The notes beneath the pieces were generated by a model, which saw only the letters and a program-made list of their open reading frames with translations, was not told the origin of the DNA and made no database searches. A stretch of 64,000 bases of DNA, taken from an uncultured Myxococcales bacterium (lineage in GTDB: Bacteria > Myxococcota_A > Polyangia > Fen-1088). This document shows, in pieces, positions 22,224 through 32,079 of this stretch; within the stretch, counting starts at the first letter, position 1; every line of letters starts with the position of its first letter. The stretch lies in the NCBI GenBank assembly GCA_964647025.1, contig CAZYFU010000003.1, forward strand, positions 32,580 to 96,579, read 5' to 3'. The translations under genes were made by a program, and so were the position numbers.

Positions 22224-22946
22224 ATGCCTGGACGTGCACAACACACCGATCGCGAGTACGAGCACGAGCTCCTCGAATTGCGCGAGCAGCTGCTCGTGAT
22301 GGGCAGCCACGTAGAGAGCATCATCGGCGACAGCATCCGCGCCTTGCAGGAACGCGACGTCGGGCTGGCCGAGCGGACCATCGCGGCAGACGAAGTCGTC
22401 GACCGGATGGAGGTCGAGCTGGACGGCCTCTGCCTACGTATCCTGGCGCGCAGACAGCCGGTGGCGTCCGATCTCCGCTTCCTCACGCTGGTTCTGAAGG
22501 TCGTCACGGACTTGGAACGAATCGCCGATCTGGGCGTGAACGTCTGCGAGCGCGTGCTCGAGCTCAACACCGAGCCGCAGCTCAAGCCCTACGTGGACAT
22601 TCCGCACATGGGCCAAGAGGTCCAGTCGATGCTGCGCGAAGTCCTGGACGCGTTCGTCGCCAAGGACGCCGAGCAGGCCCGCAGGATCATCGCCCGCGAT
22701 CAGGTGGTGGACGCCCTATATGCGCAGGTCTTTCGCGAGCTTCTGACCTTCATGATGGAGAACGGACACAACGTGTACCGAGCCACGCGACTACAATCCA
22801 TCGCCAAGTACCTGGAGCGCATGGCCGACCACACCATCAACCTGGCCGAGATGGTCATCTTCATGGTCGACGGGCAGGATGTTCGGCACTCGGCCGGCCG
22901 AGGAGAGCCCGCGCCTCCCGTGCCCGACCGGCCGCGCCAGAACTGA
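22224..22946 (+). CDS. phoU: Phosphate-specific transport system accessory protein PhoU
   Basis: Two PhoU repeats (E/DxxxD motifs: DLERIADLGVNVCE; LERMADHTINLAE). Confidence 0.9.
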   Translation: MPGRAQHTDREYEHELLELREQLLVMGSHVESIIGDSIRALQERDVGLAERTIAADEVVDRMEVELDGLCLRILARRQPVASDLRFLTLVLKVVTDLERIADLGVNVCERVLELNTEPQLKPYVDIPHMGQEVQSMLREVLDAFVAKDAEQARRIIARDQVVDALYAQVFRELLTFMMENGHNVYRATRLQSIAKYLERMADHTINLAEMVIFMVDGQDVRHSAGRGEPAPPVPDRPRQN

Positions 22947-22962
22947 GCCCAGGACGGCGTCG

Positions 22963-24390
22963 CTACGGAAGGCTGAGCTCGCCGGTCGCCACGAAGGGTC
23001 CGGCGCTATCGCGGCCGCGTGCGAAAGCGGCGACCTTGCGCATGCCCTTGGGTAGACTCACCGTCGGTGACGTTCCGGCGCGCAGGTCGGCCGTCCCGAC
23101 CTCATGGCGCCTGCCCGATTCGTCCTCGCCGAAGACGCGGACGACGGTATCGCCATCGAGGTCGCCGACTCCGGATAGCGTCAGCGTCGCTTTGCCCTCG
23201 GAGGCCGAGATCTGCAGCACGCCACGCATCAAATGGTCCGAGAGTCCAGCCGCATAGCCCATCACCCGCGGAAGCCAGCTCTTCGCCACGTCGGAATACA
23301 CGGCCTTGTCCAAGAAGAAGTGGAGCTTGTCGGCCACGCGCCGGTAGGCCACGATCCTGACGCCATCGCGAATCACATAGCGTGGTTGCTCCGACGGCTC
23401 CAGCTTCAGGGCGTCGAGCTTCGGCAGCGGAAACCCCAGCGACTGATTCACGAGATCGGCCACCCCACCGGGGGTGTCGCCGGACACGCAACGGAAGTCG
23501 GGGGGCACGGTGCCCGCAGAGAAGAACTGCTGTTGGGTCAGCTGTGCGAGGCCCTGGCCGTCGCCGGCGACGAAGTAGCTTTCGACGCCGGGACGAGGAA
23601 CGGGCTCGGCGGAGCGCGGCAAGGCGACCGAGCCGTAGCGGTCGGCCACGAACGTCTCGAGCGCCGATCCCGCGTCGGAGAACTCGCCACGAAAGTCGTT
23701 GCGCACGAACGCCGGCTGTCCCATGTCCTCCAGCACGGAGAGCACGCCCCCCATGGCCAACAGGGCTCGAACCAGCGCGGTATCGCGTTGGCTCGGCTCT
23801 TTGGCGCTGACCGCGAGCTCCCAGTTGTCGAAGAACGCTGACAGTCCAAGGTCGTTGTCGCGCGAGGAGAGCCAGTCGAGCGCGGACATCCCCTCGAGGT
23901 CGAATGCCGTCCCGGTCGCGGCATCTCGCACGGTGGCGCCGCTCCCCAGCGTCAATCGGGTGGCGTGGACGGTTCCCGAGAGGCCCGCACCGTCGTCGAG
24001 TCCCGTGCGTTTGCCTGGATCGAAGAAATGATGGCGGCCGAGCTCGGGTGGGGTCTTGGCCAAAACCGCGCCGGCCTTCACCCACCCCAACGCCGAGAGC
24101 ACGCCCTCGGTGCTCGGGCGGTAACCTCCCGCCGAGTCCAGCATCGCCAAGCGATTGTTGAGCGTGCGCAGCGCATCGGTGTCCATCGCGCTGGCGTGCA
24201 GCTTGAGCGGCTCGAACGGGCCGAGCGCCCGCCCAAGCTGGTGAGCGAGCACCTTGTGAAACTGCGATGCGCCGAGGGCCCGCTCGGTCAGCCCGGCGTG
24301 GGTGGTCGCGGGGTCCCACGCCAGAGCCCTCCCGCCGACCAGCAGCAGCCCGACGTGGACGCCCAGAAGCACGGCCTTGCGTGCGCTCAT
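22963..24390 (-). CDS. Secreted protein with N-terminal zinc-dependent phospholipase C / S1-P1 nuclease-like domain (partly degenerate)
   Basis: The mature N-terminus begins with W (ALAWDPATTHAGL). HHFFDPGKRTG resembles the PLC SHFYDPDNGKT zinc-site loop. A later LEDMGQP resembles HYLGDVNQP but lacks its His residues. Confidence 0.5.
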   Translation of the reverse strand: MSARKAVLLGVHVGLLLVGGRALAWDPATTHAGLTERALGASQFHKVLAHQLGRALGPFEPLKLHASAMDTDALRTLNNRLAMLDSAGGYRPSTEGVLSALGWVKAGAVLAKTPPELGRHHFFDPGKRTGLDDGAGLSGTVHATRLTLGSGATVRDAATGTAFDLEGMSALDWLSSRDNDLGLSAFFDNWELAVSAKEPSQRDTALVRALLAMGGVLSVLEDMGQPAFVRNDFRGEFSDAGSALETFVADRYGSVALPRSAEPVPRPGVESYFVAGDGQGLAQLTQQQFFSAGTVPPDFRCVSGDTPGGVADLVNQSLGFPLPKLDALKLEPSEQPRYVIRDGVRIVAYRRVADKLHFFLDKAVYSDVAKSWLPRVMGYAAGLSDHLMRGVLQISASEGKATLTLSGVGDLDGDTVVRVFGEDESGRRHEVGTADLRAGTSPTVSLPKGMRKVAAFARGRDSAGPFVATGELSLP

Positions 24391-25532
24391 TGCTTCTCCT
24401 CCTCCTCGTCGTCGTCGGCGGCCGACGGCGCGACGGCTGGCGCGTCCTCGTTCTGCGACGGGACCTTGAACTCACCGATGTGGCTCTCCACCAGCTTCGC
24501 CAAACGGAGGACCATTCCGAGCTCGGTGCACTGCGATTTTCCGCAGCTCACCTGCACGACCAAGCCGCGCTCTCGCAGCAAGAAAGCCAGACCCAGGACG
24601 TCACCACCTCGGGCGCGCACCGACTTGTCGCCAATCTCTTCGGTCGGCACCGGGGCCGGAAGCTCGGTCGAGAGCTGCTTGAACTGCGCCTCGGCGGCCG
24701 CTGGAGCCGATGCCCAAACGCGAATCGCGACGTCGAACGCTTCGGTCTTGTCCTTGGCCTTGAAGTGCTTGCTGTCGTAGACGTCGCTGCGAACCCGGTC
24801 GAGGAGTCTGCCGACCTCGAACTCGCCGGCGTACCCGGTGACCCCCTTGACCTCTTCCGCGGAAAGGAGTGGCGAAGCATCGAGCAAGGTTGGCCGCTCG
24901 AGGGCCGGGGCCTTCTCACCCGGTGTCTCCACCACGTGTGGGGCCGCGATCCCCTCGTTCTCGAGGCTGGCGGGCTGCGCCTCCCACGCCATGACCTTGG
25001 CGATGGCCTGGCCTCCGCCGACGAAAGCGAGATGCTGGCGATGCTCGAGCGAAGGCTGCCACTTCTCCAGACGAACCTTGTTGCCGTGCTGGCTGAAGTC
25101 GTGGCGCTGATGCCCATTGAACTTGAAGTCGCTACGGTAGCCCACGTATCCACGCCGGTACACGACCAGGGTGAACCGGCGCAACCGCATGGAGCTGCCG
25201 GTCGGAACGTCGGTGGGGCTCTCGATGCGATAGCGACCGTCAGCGGCCGTCTCGACGACCGCCTCGCGTGTACCCGCGGGCCCTCGTAAGCCGATCCCAC
25301 GCTCGAACGCCCACGAGCCGACGACAGTCGCGCCAGCCACGGGGCGCTCGGTCTCGGCATCGATGATCATCCCATCGAATGGACCGAGCAGGTCCCCTGG
25401 CTGCAAGGTATCGGGGCGCACCGAAAATGGCGCTTGCCCGACGGTTGGGCCGCAGCCCGACAGGATGCTCGCGAAGGCTACCCCGACGAGCAGCGCCCGC
25501 GTGCCCACACGGGTCGCTTGATCGACTCCCAT
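24387..25532 (-). CDS. Hypothetical lipoprotein, acidic C-terminal tail
   Basis: Lipobox ILSGC. ATGA overlap with the downstream gene. Start taken at Met 21 (MGVDQ ...); the ORF-track start is 25592. Confidence 0.55.
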   Translation of the reverse strand: MGVDQATRVGTRALLVGVAFASILSGCGPTVGQAPFSVRPDTLQPGDLLGPFDGMIIDAETERPVAGATVVGSWAFERGIGLRGPAGTREAVVETAADGRYRIESPTDVPTGSSMRLRRFTLVVYRRGYVGYRSDFKFNGHQRHDFSQHGNKVRLEKWQPSLEHRQHLAFVGGGQAIAKVMAWEAQPASLENEGIAAPHVVETPGEKAPALERPTLLDASPLLSAEEVKGVTGYAGEFEVGRLLDRVRSDVYDSKHFKAKDKTEAFDVAIRVWASAPAAAEAQFKQLSTELPAPVPTEEIGDKSVRARGGDVLGLAFLLRERGLVVQVSCGKSQCTELGMVLRLAKLVESHIGEFKVPSQNEDAPAVAPSAADDDEEEEKQ

Positions 25533-25749
25533 CGTCGCTCTCCTCCGTCGAGAATTGACGCTTTCCGAGATCGCTGCTAATAGTGAAAACACTGTGAATG
25601 GCCGGGCAACTCGCCCTGAAACGACAAGGATGTTGCCGCCAGCTTTTTAGTAGAGGATGGGCCGTCTTGCAATGCCGCTTCTCAGGTCTGTGGCCAATCT
25701 CCTTCCTTCCCATCCCGTCTCGGGCGAAGATAGGTTAGCCTGAACCAAG

Positions 25750-26655
25750 ATGCTGAACTGTTTCCAGTGCGGTGGCGTAGTTGCAGATGGGGCAGCGTTC
25801 TGCCAACGCTGCGGCGCGCCAGTTGCCAACGGGGCCGGCGGGAATTCTGCACTGATCTGCTCGGGGTGCGGCAACCGGAACCCGCTCGATACGAACTTCT
25901 GCTTCGCGTGCGGACGCAGGCTTGGCCACTCTACACCGACGAGCGTCGATGCGTCGGCCGCTTTCGCCGCCGCCTTGGCCGCACGCCCCTCGCAAAGGAT
26001 GAAAGTCGGCGGCGGCCAGGCGCGATTGGTCGCGGTGAGACGCGATGGTACCGATGGCGAGTGCTATCCCATCCAAGGCGAGCAGATCGACATTGGCCGA
26101 ACCGAGGGAGATCTTCGATTCGACGACAAGCACCTGGCTGAACGCCACGCACGCATTACCCTGCGCGCCGGCCAGTACGTCATCACCCCGCTCGAGAGCC
26201 GAAACGGCGTCTACATTCGAATCATGGCGCCCGCCGAGCTGCAGGACGGAAGCTACATCCTGGTTGGCAAGCAGGTGCTGCGCTTCGAGGATGTCCCCGA
26301 CCCCGAGAAGACCCTCCGCCCGGCTGTCGAGCACGGCATGATCCTCTTCGGCACGCCGCTGAGGTCGCCTTGGGGCCGACTGAGGCAGATGACCGCGGCA
26401 GGTACGTCGCGCGACGTGTATCATCTGTGCCGAAGCGACCTGGTCATCGGGCGCGAGCAAGGCGACATCGTATTCTCCGACGACGAGTTCATGTCGCGCC
26501 GGCACGCGCTGCTGCAATTCCGGGCCAATCGGGCGATGATATCGGATCAGGGGAGCTCGAATGGAACGTACGTCCGACTCATCGGTCAGCACGTGTTGGA
26601 CTCCGGACAAATGATGCGCCTCGGAGATGAGCTCTTGCGCTTCGAGCTAGGTTAG
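25750..26655 (+). CDS. Zinc-ribbon plus tandem FHA-domain protein
   Basis: Two CxxC ... CxxCG ribbons at the N-terminus. Two FHA cores (GRTEGDLRFDD ... SRNGVYI; GREQGDIVFSD ... SSNGTYV). Confidence 0.75.
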   Translation: MLNCFQCGGVVADGAAFCQRCGAPVANGAGGNSALICSGCGNRNPLDTNFCFACGRRLGHSTPTSVDASAAFAAALAARPSQRMKVGGGQARLVAVRRDGTDGECYPIQGEQIDIGRTEGDLRFDDKHLAERHARITLRAGQYVITPLESRNGVYIRIMAPAELQDGSYILVGKQVLRFEDVPDPEKTLRPAVEHGMILFGTPLRSPWGRLRQMTAAGTSRDVYHLCRSDLVIGREQGDIVFSDDEFMSRRHALLQFRANRAMISDQGSSNGTYVRLIGQHVLDSGQMMRLGDELLRFELG

Positions 26656-26678
26656 AGCGAAGCTGGAACAGAGACAGG

Positions 26679-27926
26679 ATGCAAAGCCCCTCGAAGATCA
26701 AGGTTACGGCCTTCGGCAAGACCGACGTGGGGCTCATCCGCGAGCACAACGAAGACAACTTTCTGCTCGCCAACGTCGACAGCGGGCTGCGGACTTCGGT
26801 GCCGGACGAGAACCTGGAATTCGATCTGGGCGCAAAGGGTGCCTTGTTCCTGGTGTGCGACGGGATGGGCGGCGCGGCGGCCGGCGAGGTGGCCTCCACG
26901 ATGGCCGTCGATTCCATTTCCAGCGACATGGAAGCCGCCGCCAAGACCAACTGCGACAGCTTCGCGCGCGGGCTTCGCCGAGCCATCGAGACAGCGAACG
27001 AGAAGATCAACACGCAGTCCCGCGTGAACCAGAACGAGCGCGGGATGGGCACCACATGCACGGCCGTCGGGCTCGTGGACCGCACGTTGCTCGTCGGACA
27101 GATCGGCGACTCGCGCTGCTACGTGCTCCGCCAGGGCGAGCTCTCGCAAATCACCAAGGACCAATCGCTCGCCTGGCAGCTCATCGAGGCCGGGGCGATG
27201 ACCGCCGAGGAGGCCAAGAGCTTCGAGCACGCCAACATCATCCTGCAAGCGCTTGGCGTGCAGGAACGGGTCGACGTGGTCCTGTCCAGCGTCGAGCTGT
27301 GCCGTGGGGACGTGGTGCTGGTCTCGTCCGACGGACTTCACGGTCCGGTCAGCGATGACGAGATGCGCGACATCCTGCTCGCCGAGCCAGACCCCAAGAA
27401 GGCCTGCGAGATCCTGGTTGCGAAGGCCCTCGAGCGAGAGGGCCCCGACAACATCACTGTCGTGGTCGCGCGCTTCGAAGGCGAAGGGTTGCCAGCGCCG
27501 GAGGAGAGTCGGCCGCTCGGCTTCGTTCACTTCGATCCAGGCGACGATCCAGACGACCCGGAGCCGCTGAACAAGCGCGTGCTCGCGGCCCCCAGCGACA
27601 AGATCACCGAGGAAGTTCCGATTCGGTCCGAGCTGCTCGATTCGACCTCGCCGGGGGCGCTTCCCACGACGCTGGTGAGCCCGACGGCATCGACGCCGTC
27701 GACCAACACCAACGTCCACGCGGCCGAGGAGGCAGCTTCCCGGCCCTTCTTGACCTTCGTCCTGGTCACCCTGCTGGCCGCCCTGGGCGGCGCGCTATTC
27801 CTCGCCTTCCAGCAGCCCAACCTGCCTGATCTGCCCAACCAGAAGAACAACCCCGGTCCGGCGTCTTCGACACCCCGTGGGCCAATCAACAATACCGATT
27901 CGGCCACGACCCAATCTGCCCGTTAA
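26679..27926 (+). CDS. PP2C-family Ser/Thr protein phosphatase with C-terminal TM anchor
   Basis: FGKTDVGLIREHNED ... LFLVCDGMGGAAAGEVAS ... DGLHG. A Pro-rich segment followed by one TM. Confidence 0.85.
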   Translation: MQSPSKIKVTAFGKTDVGLIREHNEDNFLLANVDSGLRTSVPDENLEFDLGAKGALFLVCDGMGGAAAGEVASTMAVDSISSDMEAAAKTNCDSFARGLRRAIETANEKINTQSRVNQNERGMGTTCTAVGLVDRTLLVGQIGDSRCYVLRQGELSQITKDQSLAWQLIEAGAMTAEEAKSFEHANIILQALGVQERVDVVLSSVELCRGDVVLVSSDGLHGPVSDDEMRDILLAEPDPKKACEILVAKALEREGPDNITVVVARFEGEGLPAPEESRPLGFVHFDPGDDPDDPEPLNKRVLAAPSDKITEEVPIRSELLDSTSPGALPTTLVSPTASTPSTNTNVHAAEEAASRPFLTFVLVTLLAALGGALFLAFQQPNLPDLPNQKNNPGPASSTPRGPINNTDSATTQSAR

Positions 27927-27930
27927 CACC

Positions 27931-29169
27931 ATGGCTGCACCTCGCGTCTGTCCAAAATGTCGCTCGGCTCTGGCAGCCGATGCGCATTTCTGCGGTGTCT
28001 GCGGCACGGCGTTGACCACGCCGCCGACGTCGGGTGAGCGCCCGTTCGACCAACTGCTCGACCGTCTGTCGGGGATGCCCAAACCGTCGCCCGCACATGT
28101 GAGCCCGCCGCTCGGTGTCCCCATCGCCATGCCGCCGTCGCGATCGGGCCCCATCGGTTTGTCCACGCCCTCGCCCATGAGCCGCGAGCCGGTCCCGGTG
28201 TCACTCGACAGTCTGGTCGGAAGGACGCTGAACAACCGGTACCTGGTCAAGCGCAAGATCGGCGAAGGCGGATTCGGCGCAGTGTTCGAGGGCATGCAAG
28301 TGGCAACCGAGCGCCCGGTGGCGCTCAAGGTCCTGCATCCCCAGAGCGTGGCCGACCCGACAGTCGTGGCACGATTCCGCCGGGAGGCCGAGGCGTGCTC
28401 GAAGCTGCGCAACTCCCACACGGTCATCATCTACGACTTCGATCAGACCGAGGACGGTGTGCTGTACCTGGCGATGGAGTTGGTGTGCGGACAGAGCCTG
28501 CAAGACATTCAGCGCGCGTCCGGGACCATCGCTCCTGAGCGCTGCCTGCGGCTCCTCGATCAAGTCGCGGAGGCGCTGGGTGAAGCCCACAATCACGGCA
28601 TCGTCCATCGCGACATGAAGCCCGAGAACATCATGGTCGAGGATCGCGAAGGAGAGGACTTCGTGAAGGTCCTCGACTTCGGCATCGCCAAGATCGTTTC
28701 GGGCGACGGCGGCAAGAGCGGGCCGGCCCTCACCGCTATCGGGCAGACCGTCGGCACTTTGGAGTTCATGTCGCCCGAGCAACTGCGGGGCAAACCCCTC
28801 GATGGGCGCTCCGACATCTATGCGCTCGGCATGGTCGCCTACGAGATGCTCACCGGCGAGTTGCCGTTCAAAAAGAGCAAGAGCACCACCGAGATCATCC
28901 AGTACCACCTGCAGACTCCTCCACCCCCGCCCTCCTCGCTCAAACCCGAGCTGGAGATTCCACACGCTGTCGACGCCCTGGTGCAGAAGATGTGCACCAA
29001 GTCGCGCGATGAACGCCACGGGAGCACCGACGAACTTCGTCGTCACATCAGCGAGGCACTTCGGGCGATGGACACCGGTGCCACGCGCAACGAAGCCAAG
29101 CGCGTGGTCATCGTCATCGGGGCCATCCTGTTGGTGGTCGGAGCGCTGATCTACTTCGTCAGCCGCTGA
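27931..29169 (+). CDS. Ser/Thr protein kinase with N-terminal zinc ribbon and C-terminal TM anchor
   Basis: CPKCRS ... CGVCG ribbon. Kinase motifs [29 protein letters not shown]. Start taken at the ATG at 27931 (ORF-track start 27877). Confidence 0.85.
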   Translation: MAAPRVCPKCRSALAADAHFCGVCGTALTTPPTSGERPFDQLLDRLSGMPKPSPAHVSPPLGVPIAMPPSRSGPIGLSTPSPMSREPVPVSLDSLVGRTLNNRYLVKRKIGEGGFGAVFEGMQVATERPVALKVLHPQSVADPTVVARFRREAEACSKLRNSHTVIIYDFDQTEDGVLYLAMELVCGQSLQDIQRASGTIAPERCLRLLDQVAEALGEAHNHGIVHRDMKPENIMVEDREGEDFVKVLDFGIAKIVSGDGGKSGPALTAIGQTVGTLEFMSPEQLRGKPLDGRSDIYALGMVAYEMLTGELPFKKSKSTTEIIQYHLQTPPPPPSSLKPELEIPHAVDALVQKMCTKSRDERHGSTDELRRHISEALRAMDTGATRNEAKRVVIVIGAILLVVGALIYFVSR

Positions 29170-30077
29170 GGGAAGAGGAACGACGCCACCGTCGCCAGCA
29201 GCAACGCCCCGACCACGATCCCGAGCGACAGGAAGATCGGGATCTCCACGAACGACTGCAAGATGATCTTGACGCCGATGAATGCGAGGACCGTCGCGAT
29301 GCCATAGCTGAGATAGGGCAGGCGCATCGCCAGTCCGGAGACCAGGAAGAAGAGCGCGCGCAGGCCCAACACCGCGAAGATATTCGACGTGAGCACGATG
29401 AAGACGTCGGTGGTCACGCCAAACACGGCGGGAATGGAGTCGATCGCGAACGTTACGTCCACCGCCTCCACCACCACCAGGACGGCCAGAAGCGGCGTCG
29501 CCCACAACTTGCCGTCCCGCCGGATAAGGAAGCTCGGCCCGGTCTCATCCTCAGCGACTCGCACCACTCGCCGAAACAAGCGCAAGACCAGGTTGCGCGA
29601 CGGATCGATGTTCTCTTGTTTGTGGAACAGGACCTTGATCGAGGCGTAGATGAGAAATGCACCCAGCGCGTACAGCACCCATCGGAACTGGTGCACGACG
29701 GCGGCCCCCACGGCGATGAACAGCCCGCGGGTCAGCACCGCGCCGAGGATTCCCCAGAAAAGGACCCGGTGCTGGAACGCAGGCGGCACCCGGAAATACG
29801 AGAAGATCAGCAGGAAGACGAACAGGTTGTCCGTAGATAGCGCCAGCTCCAAGGCGTAGCCCTGGATGAACTCGAGGCACTTCTGCGTGCCTTGGCTGTA
29901 GTAGACGTAGCCTGCGAAGACCGACGCCAAGGCGACCCACACCGCGACCCACGCAGCGGCGCGACGCATGCCCAGGGCACGAGGCTTGCGATTGAGGAGC
30001 CCAAGGTCCAGCGCCAACGCGGCCACCACGACGAGACCGAAGAGAACCCAAGGAAGGAGCGAAGACAACGTGCTCAT
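29151..30077 (-). CDS. terC: TerC-family integral membrane protein
   Basis: Multi-TM with TerC motifs (ELALSTDNLFVF; VDVTFAIDSIPAVF). Confidence 0.85.
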   Translation of the reverse strand: MSTLSSLLPWVLFGLVVVAALALDLGLLNRKPRALGMRRAAAWVAVWVALASVFAGYVYYSQGTQKCLEFIQGYALELALSTDNLFVFLLIFSYFRVPPAFQHRVLFWGILGAVLTRGLFIAVGAAVVHQFRWVLYALGAFLIYASIKVLFHKQENIDPSRNLVLRLFRRVVRVAEDETGPSFLIRRDGKLWATPLLAVLVVVEAVDVTFAIDSIPAVFGVTTDVFIVLTSNIFAVLGLRALFFLVSGLAMRLPYLSYGIATVLAFIGVKIILQSFVEIPIFLSLGIVVGALLLATVASFLFPQRLTK

Positions 30078-30364
30078 TACCTGCCTTTGTCAGCGTCGAC
30101 ATGAAGCTCGATACGCGCGCGGCGCACCTCACCCGGCGACGAGGCGGGTGGAGGGATGATGCTGAAGGCGTTCGACATGCATCCTGCGATGGAGGCCGTC
30201 CGTTCCCGTAGGTACACGATTCCGCCCAGCGCGGCCAACAACACGACGATGCGAAAGAAGCTGCGTTTCGGCATGGCCGCGAGCAGGCCCTTGCGAGGAA
30301 GCTCGTCGCTGTCCGCGAGCTTCCGATCGTCGTCGTCTGAAGGTTTGGGAGACTCCGGGTCCAT
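30077..30364 (-). CDS. Small single-TM protein (95 aa) with acidic N-terminus, hypothetical
   Basis: ATG 2 nt after the recJ stop (TGACCATGG). Its stop overlaps the terC ATG (TAATG). Predicted TM FFRIVVLLAALGGIVYL. Confidence 0.45.
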   Translation of the reverse strand: MDPESPKPSDDDDRKLADSDELPRKGLLAAMPKRSFFRIVVLLAALGGIVYLRERTASIAGCMSNAFSIIPPPASSPGEVRRARIELHVDADKGR

Positions 30365-30366
30365 GG

Positions 30367-32067
30367 TCAGGACAGACTCCTCAGCAAGTGCCGCACGCGC
30401 AAGCGGATCTTGCGCTGGCCACGGAATTGGTCGACCTCGGCGGTACCGATGACATCGAGGCGGGCCCCTTGCCCCGGATCGCGTTCCGCCATCCCGAAAG
30501 CTATGGCGTCGCTGGTCGTACCTTCGTGGCTCAGCGTCAGCTGCAGGTGCGACGTCCCCACCACCCGGGTACTCCGTGTCACGACGCCTGGTATCGCGAT
30601 CAAAGGCTCCACGTTGGCGTTGCCAAACGGACCAAGCCGCATCAGCTCTTCGGCCTGGGTCATGTCGAGATCCGACAGGCGCGCGACCGCATCGACCTCC
30701 ACCGACGCATCCGTGGGCGCGGAGGAGAAATGCCGCCTCGCAGCGGCAACAAAAGCCTCGCGGAACGAGTCCAGCTTGCCCTTCTCCAGCGAGACTCCCG
30801 CCGCCATCGGATGCCCGCCAAACAGGGTCAGATGCTCGCGACAAACAGCCAACCCCTGGTACAGGTCGAATCCCCCGACCGTCCGGGCCGAGCCCCTGCC
30901 CTGGCCTTGCACGAAGCCGACGACGACGACCGGCCGGTGGAACTTCTCGACCAGCTTGGCCGCGACCACGCCGACCACCCCCTGGTGCCAGCCTTCGGCG
31001 CCCAAGACCAAGGCCGGATCCCCGAGGAACGGCTCGGCGGCGACCATCGCCTCTGCCCAGACCTTCTCTTGGATGGTCTGTCGCTCACGGTTGACCTGAT
31101 CGAGCTCCGTTGCGAGGCGGTTGGCCGTCGCCCGGTCGTCGGCCAGCAACAAGTCGAGCGCGAGCTGCGAATCGCCGAGACGACCGGCGGCGTTCAGGCG
31201 GGGGGCGAGGCGAAAGCTCACGTCCGTGGTGCCGATGTTTCCGGCGGAGAGATTGGCGACCTCCGCCAACGCCGCGACTCCAGGACGCCTGAGGGCGCTG
31301 AGCTCGCGCAGGCCAGCAGCCACCAAGATACGGTTTTCGTCCGTCAGCGGCACCAGGTCGGCCACCGTGCCGAGGGCCACCAGGTCCAGCCACGACCGAG
31401 GGTCCAGCGCGTCTGCCCTGGGATGCCCCTGGCTGCGCAAGCGCGTGCGAACGGCAGCGGCCAGGTAGAACGCCACGCCACACGAGGCGAGGCCCTTGAA
31501 GCAGAAGCTGTCGTCATGCCGATGCGAGTTGAGCAACGCAAACGCCAACGTCTGTCCGGTTGGCACGTGGTGGTGATCGATGACGATCACGTCGATGTCG
31601 TGCTTTCTGCAGAGCTCGATGGACTCGTGATCGCTGGTCCCGCAGTCACCGGTCAGGACCAACGAACAGCCCTGGGCCTTGAACTCGGTGGCATCGCTCG
31701 GGGAGAAGCCGTAGCCGGACGAACGCTTTGCCATGCGGGCCACGACGTGCAATCCCAAGGACCGCAGCATCGAAACCAAGATGGCGGCCGTTGTCAGGCC
31801 GTCGACGTCGTAGTCGCCGAACACCGCCACCTTCTCTGCCTTGCGCACCGCGCTTACGATGCGATCGATGGCGCGGTCCAGATCGGCCATGCCATCCGGC
31901 GGCCGAAGGTCGGCAAGGCGGGGGCAGAGGAAGCGCGTGGCTTGCTCGGGTGTCGCGTAGCCACGCGCCGTAAGGATACGGGCAGTCAACCCACGCGTGC
32001 CAAGGCTCGTGGCCAGACCGCGTGCACATGCCTCGTCTGCAGGTCGAACGCGCCAGGCTTCGGGCAT
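30367..32067 (-). CDS. recJ: Single-stranded-DNA-specific exonuclease RecJ
   Basis: DHH motifs (VFGDYDVDGLT, DHHH) and DHHA1 region. 566 aa. Confidence 0.9.
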   Translation of the reverse strand: MPEAWRVRPADEACARGLATSLGTRGLTARILTARGYATPEQATRFLCPRLADLRPPDGMADLDRAIDRIVSAVRKAEKVAVFGDYDVDGLTTAAILVSMLRSLGLHVVARMAKRSSGYGFSPSDATEFKAQGCSLVLTGDCGTSDHESIELCRKHDIDVIVIDHHHVPTGQTLAFALLNSHRHDDSFCFKGLASCGVAFYLAAAVRTRLRSQGHPRADALDPRSWLDLVALGTVADLVPLTDENRILVAAGLRELSALRRPGVAALAEVANLSAGNIGTTDVSFRLAPRLNAAGRLGDSQLALDLLLADDRATANRLATELDQVNRERQTIQEKVWAEAMVAAEPFLGDPALVLGAEGWHQGVVGVVAAKLVEKFHRPVVVVGFVQGQGRGSARTVGGFDLYQGLAVCREHLTLFGGHPMAAGVSLEKGKLDSFREAFVAAARRHFSSAPTDASVEVDAVARLSDLDMTQAEELMRLGPFGNANVEPLIAIPGVVTRSTRVVGTSHLQLTLSHEGTTSDAIAFGMAERDPGQGARLDVIGTAEVDQFRGQRKIRLRVRHLLRSLS

Positions 32068-32079
32068 CTAAACGCCCGA

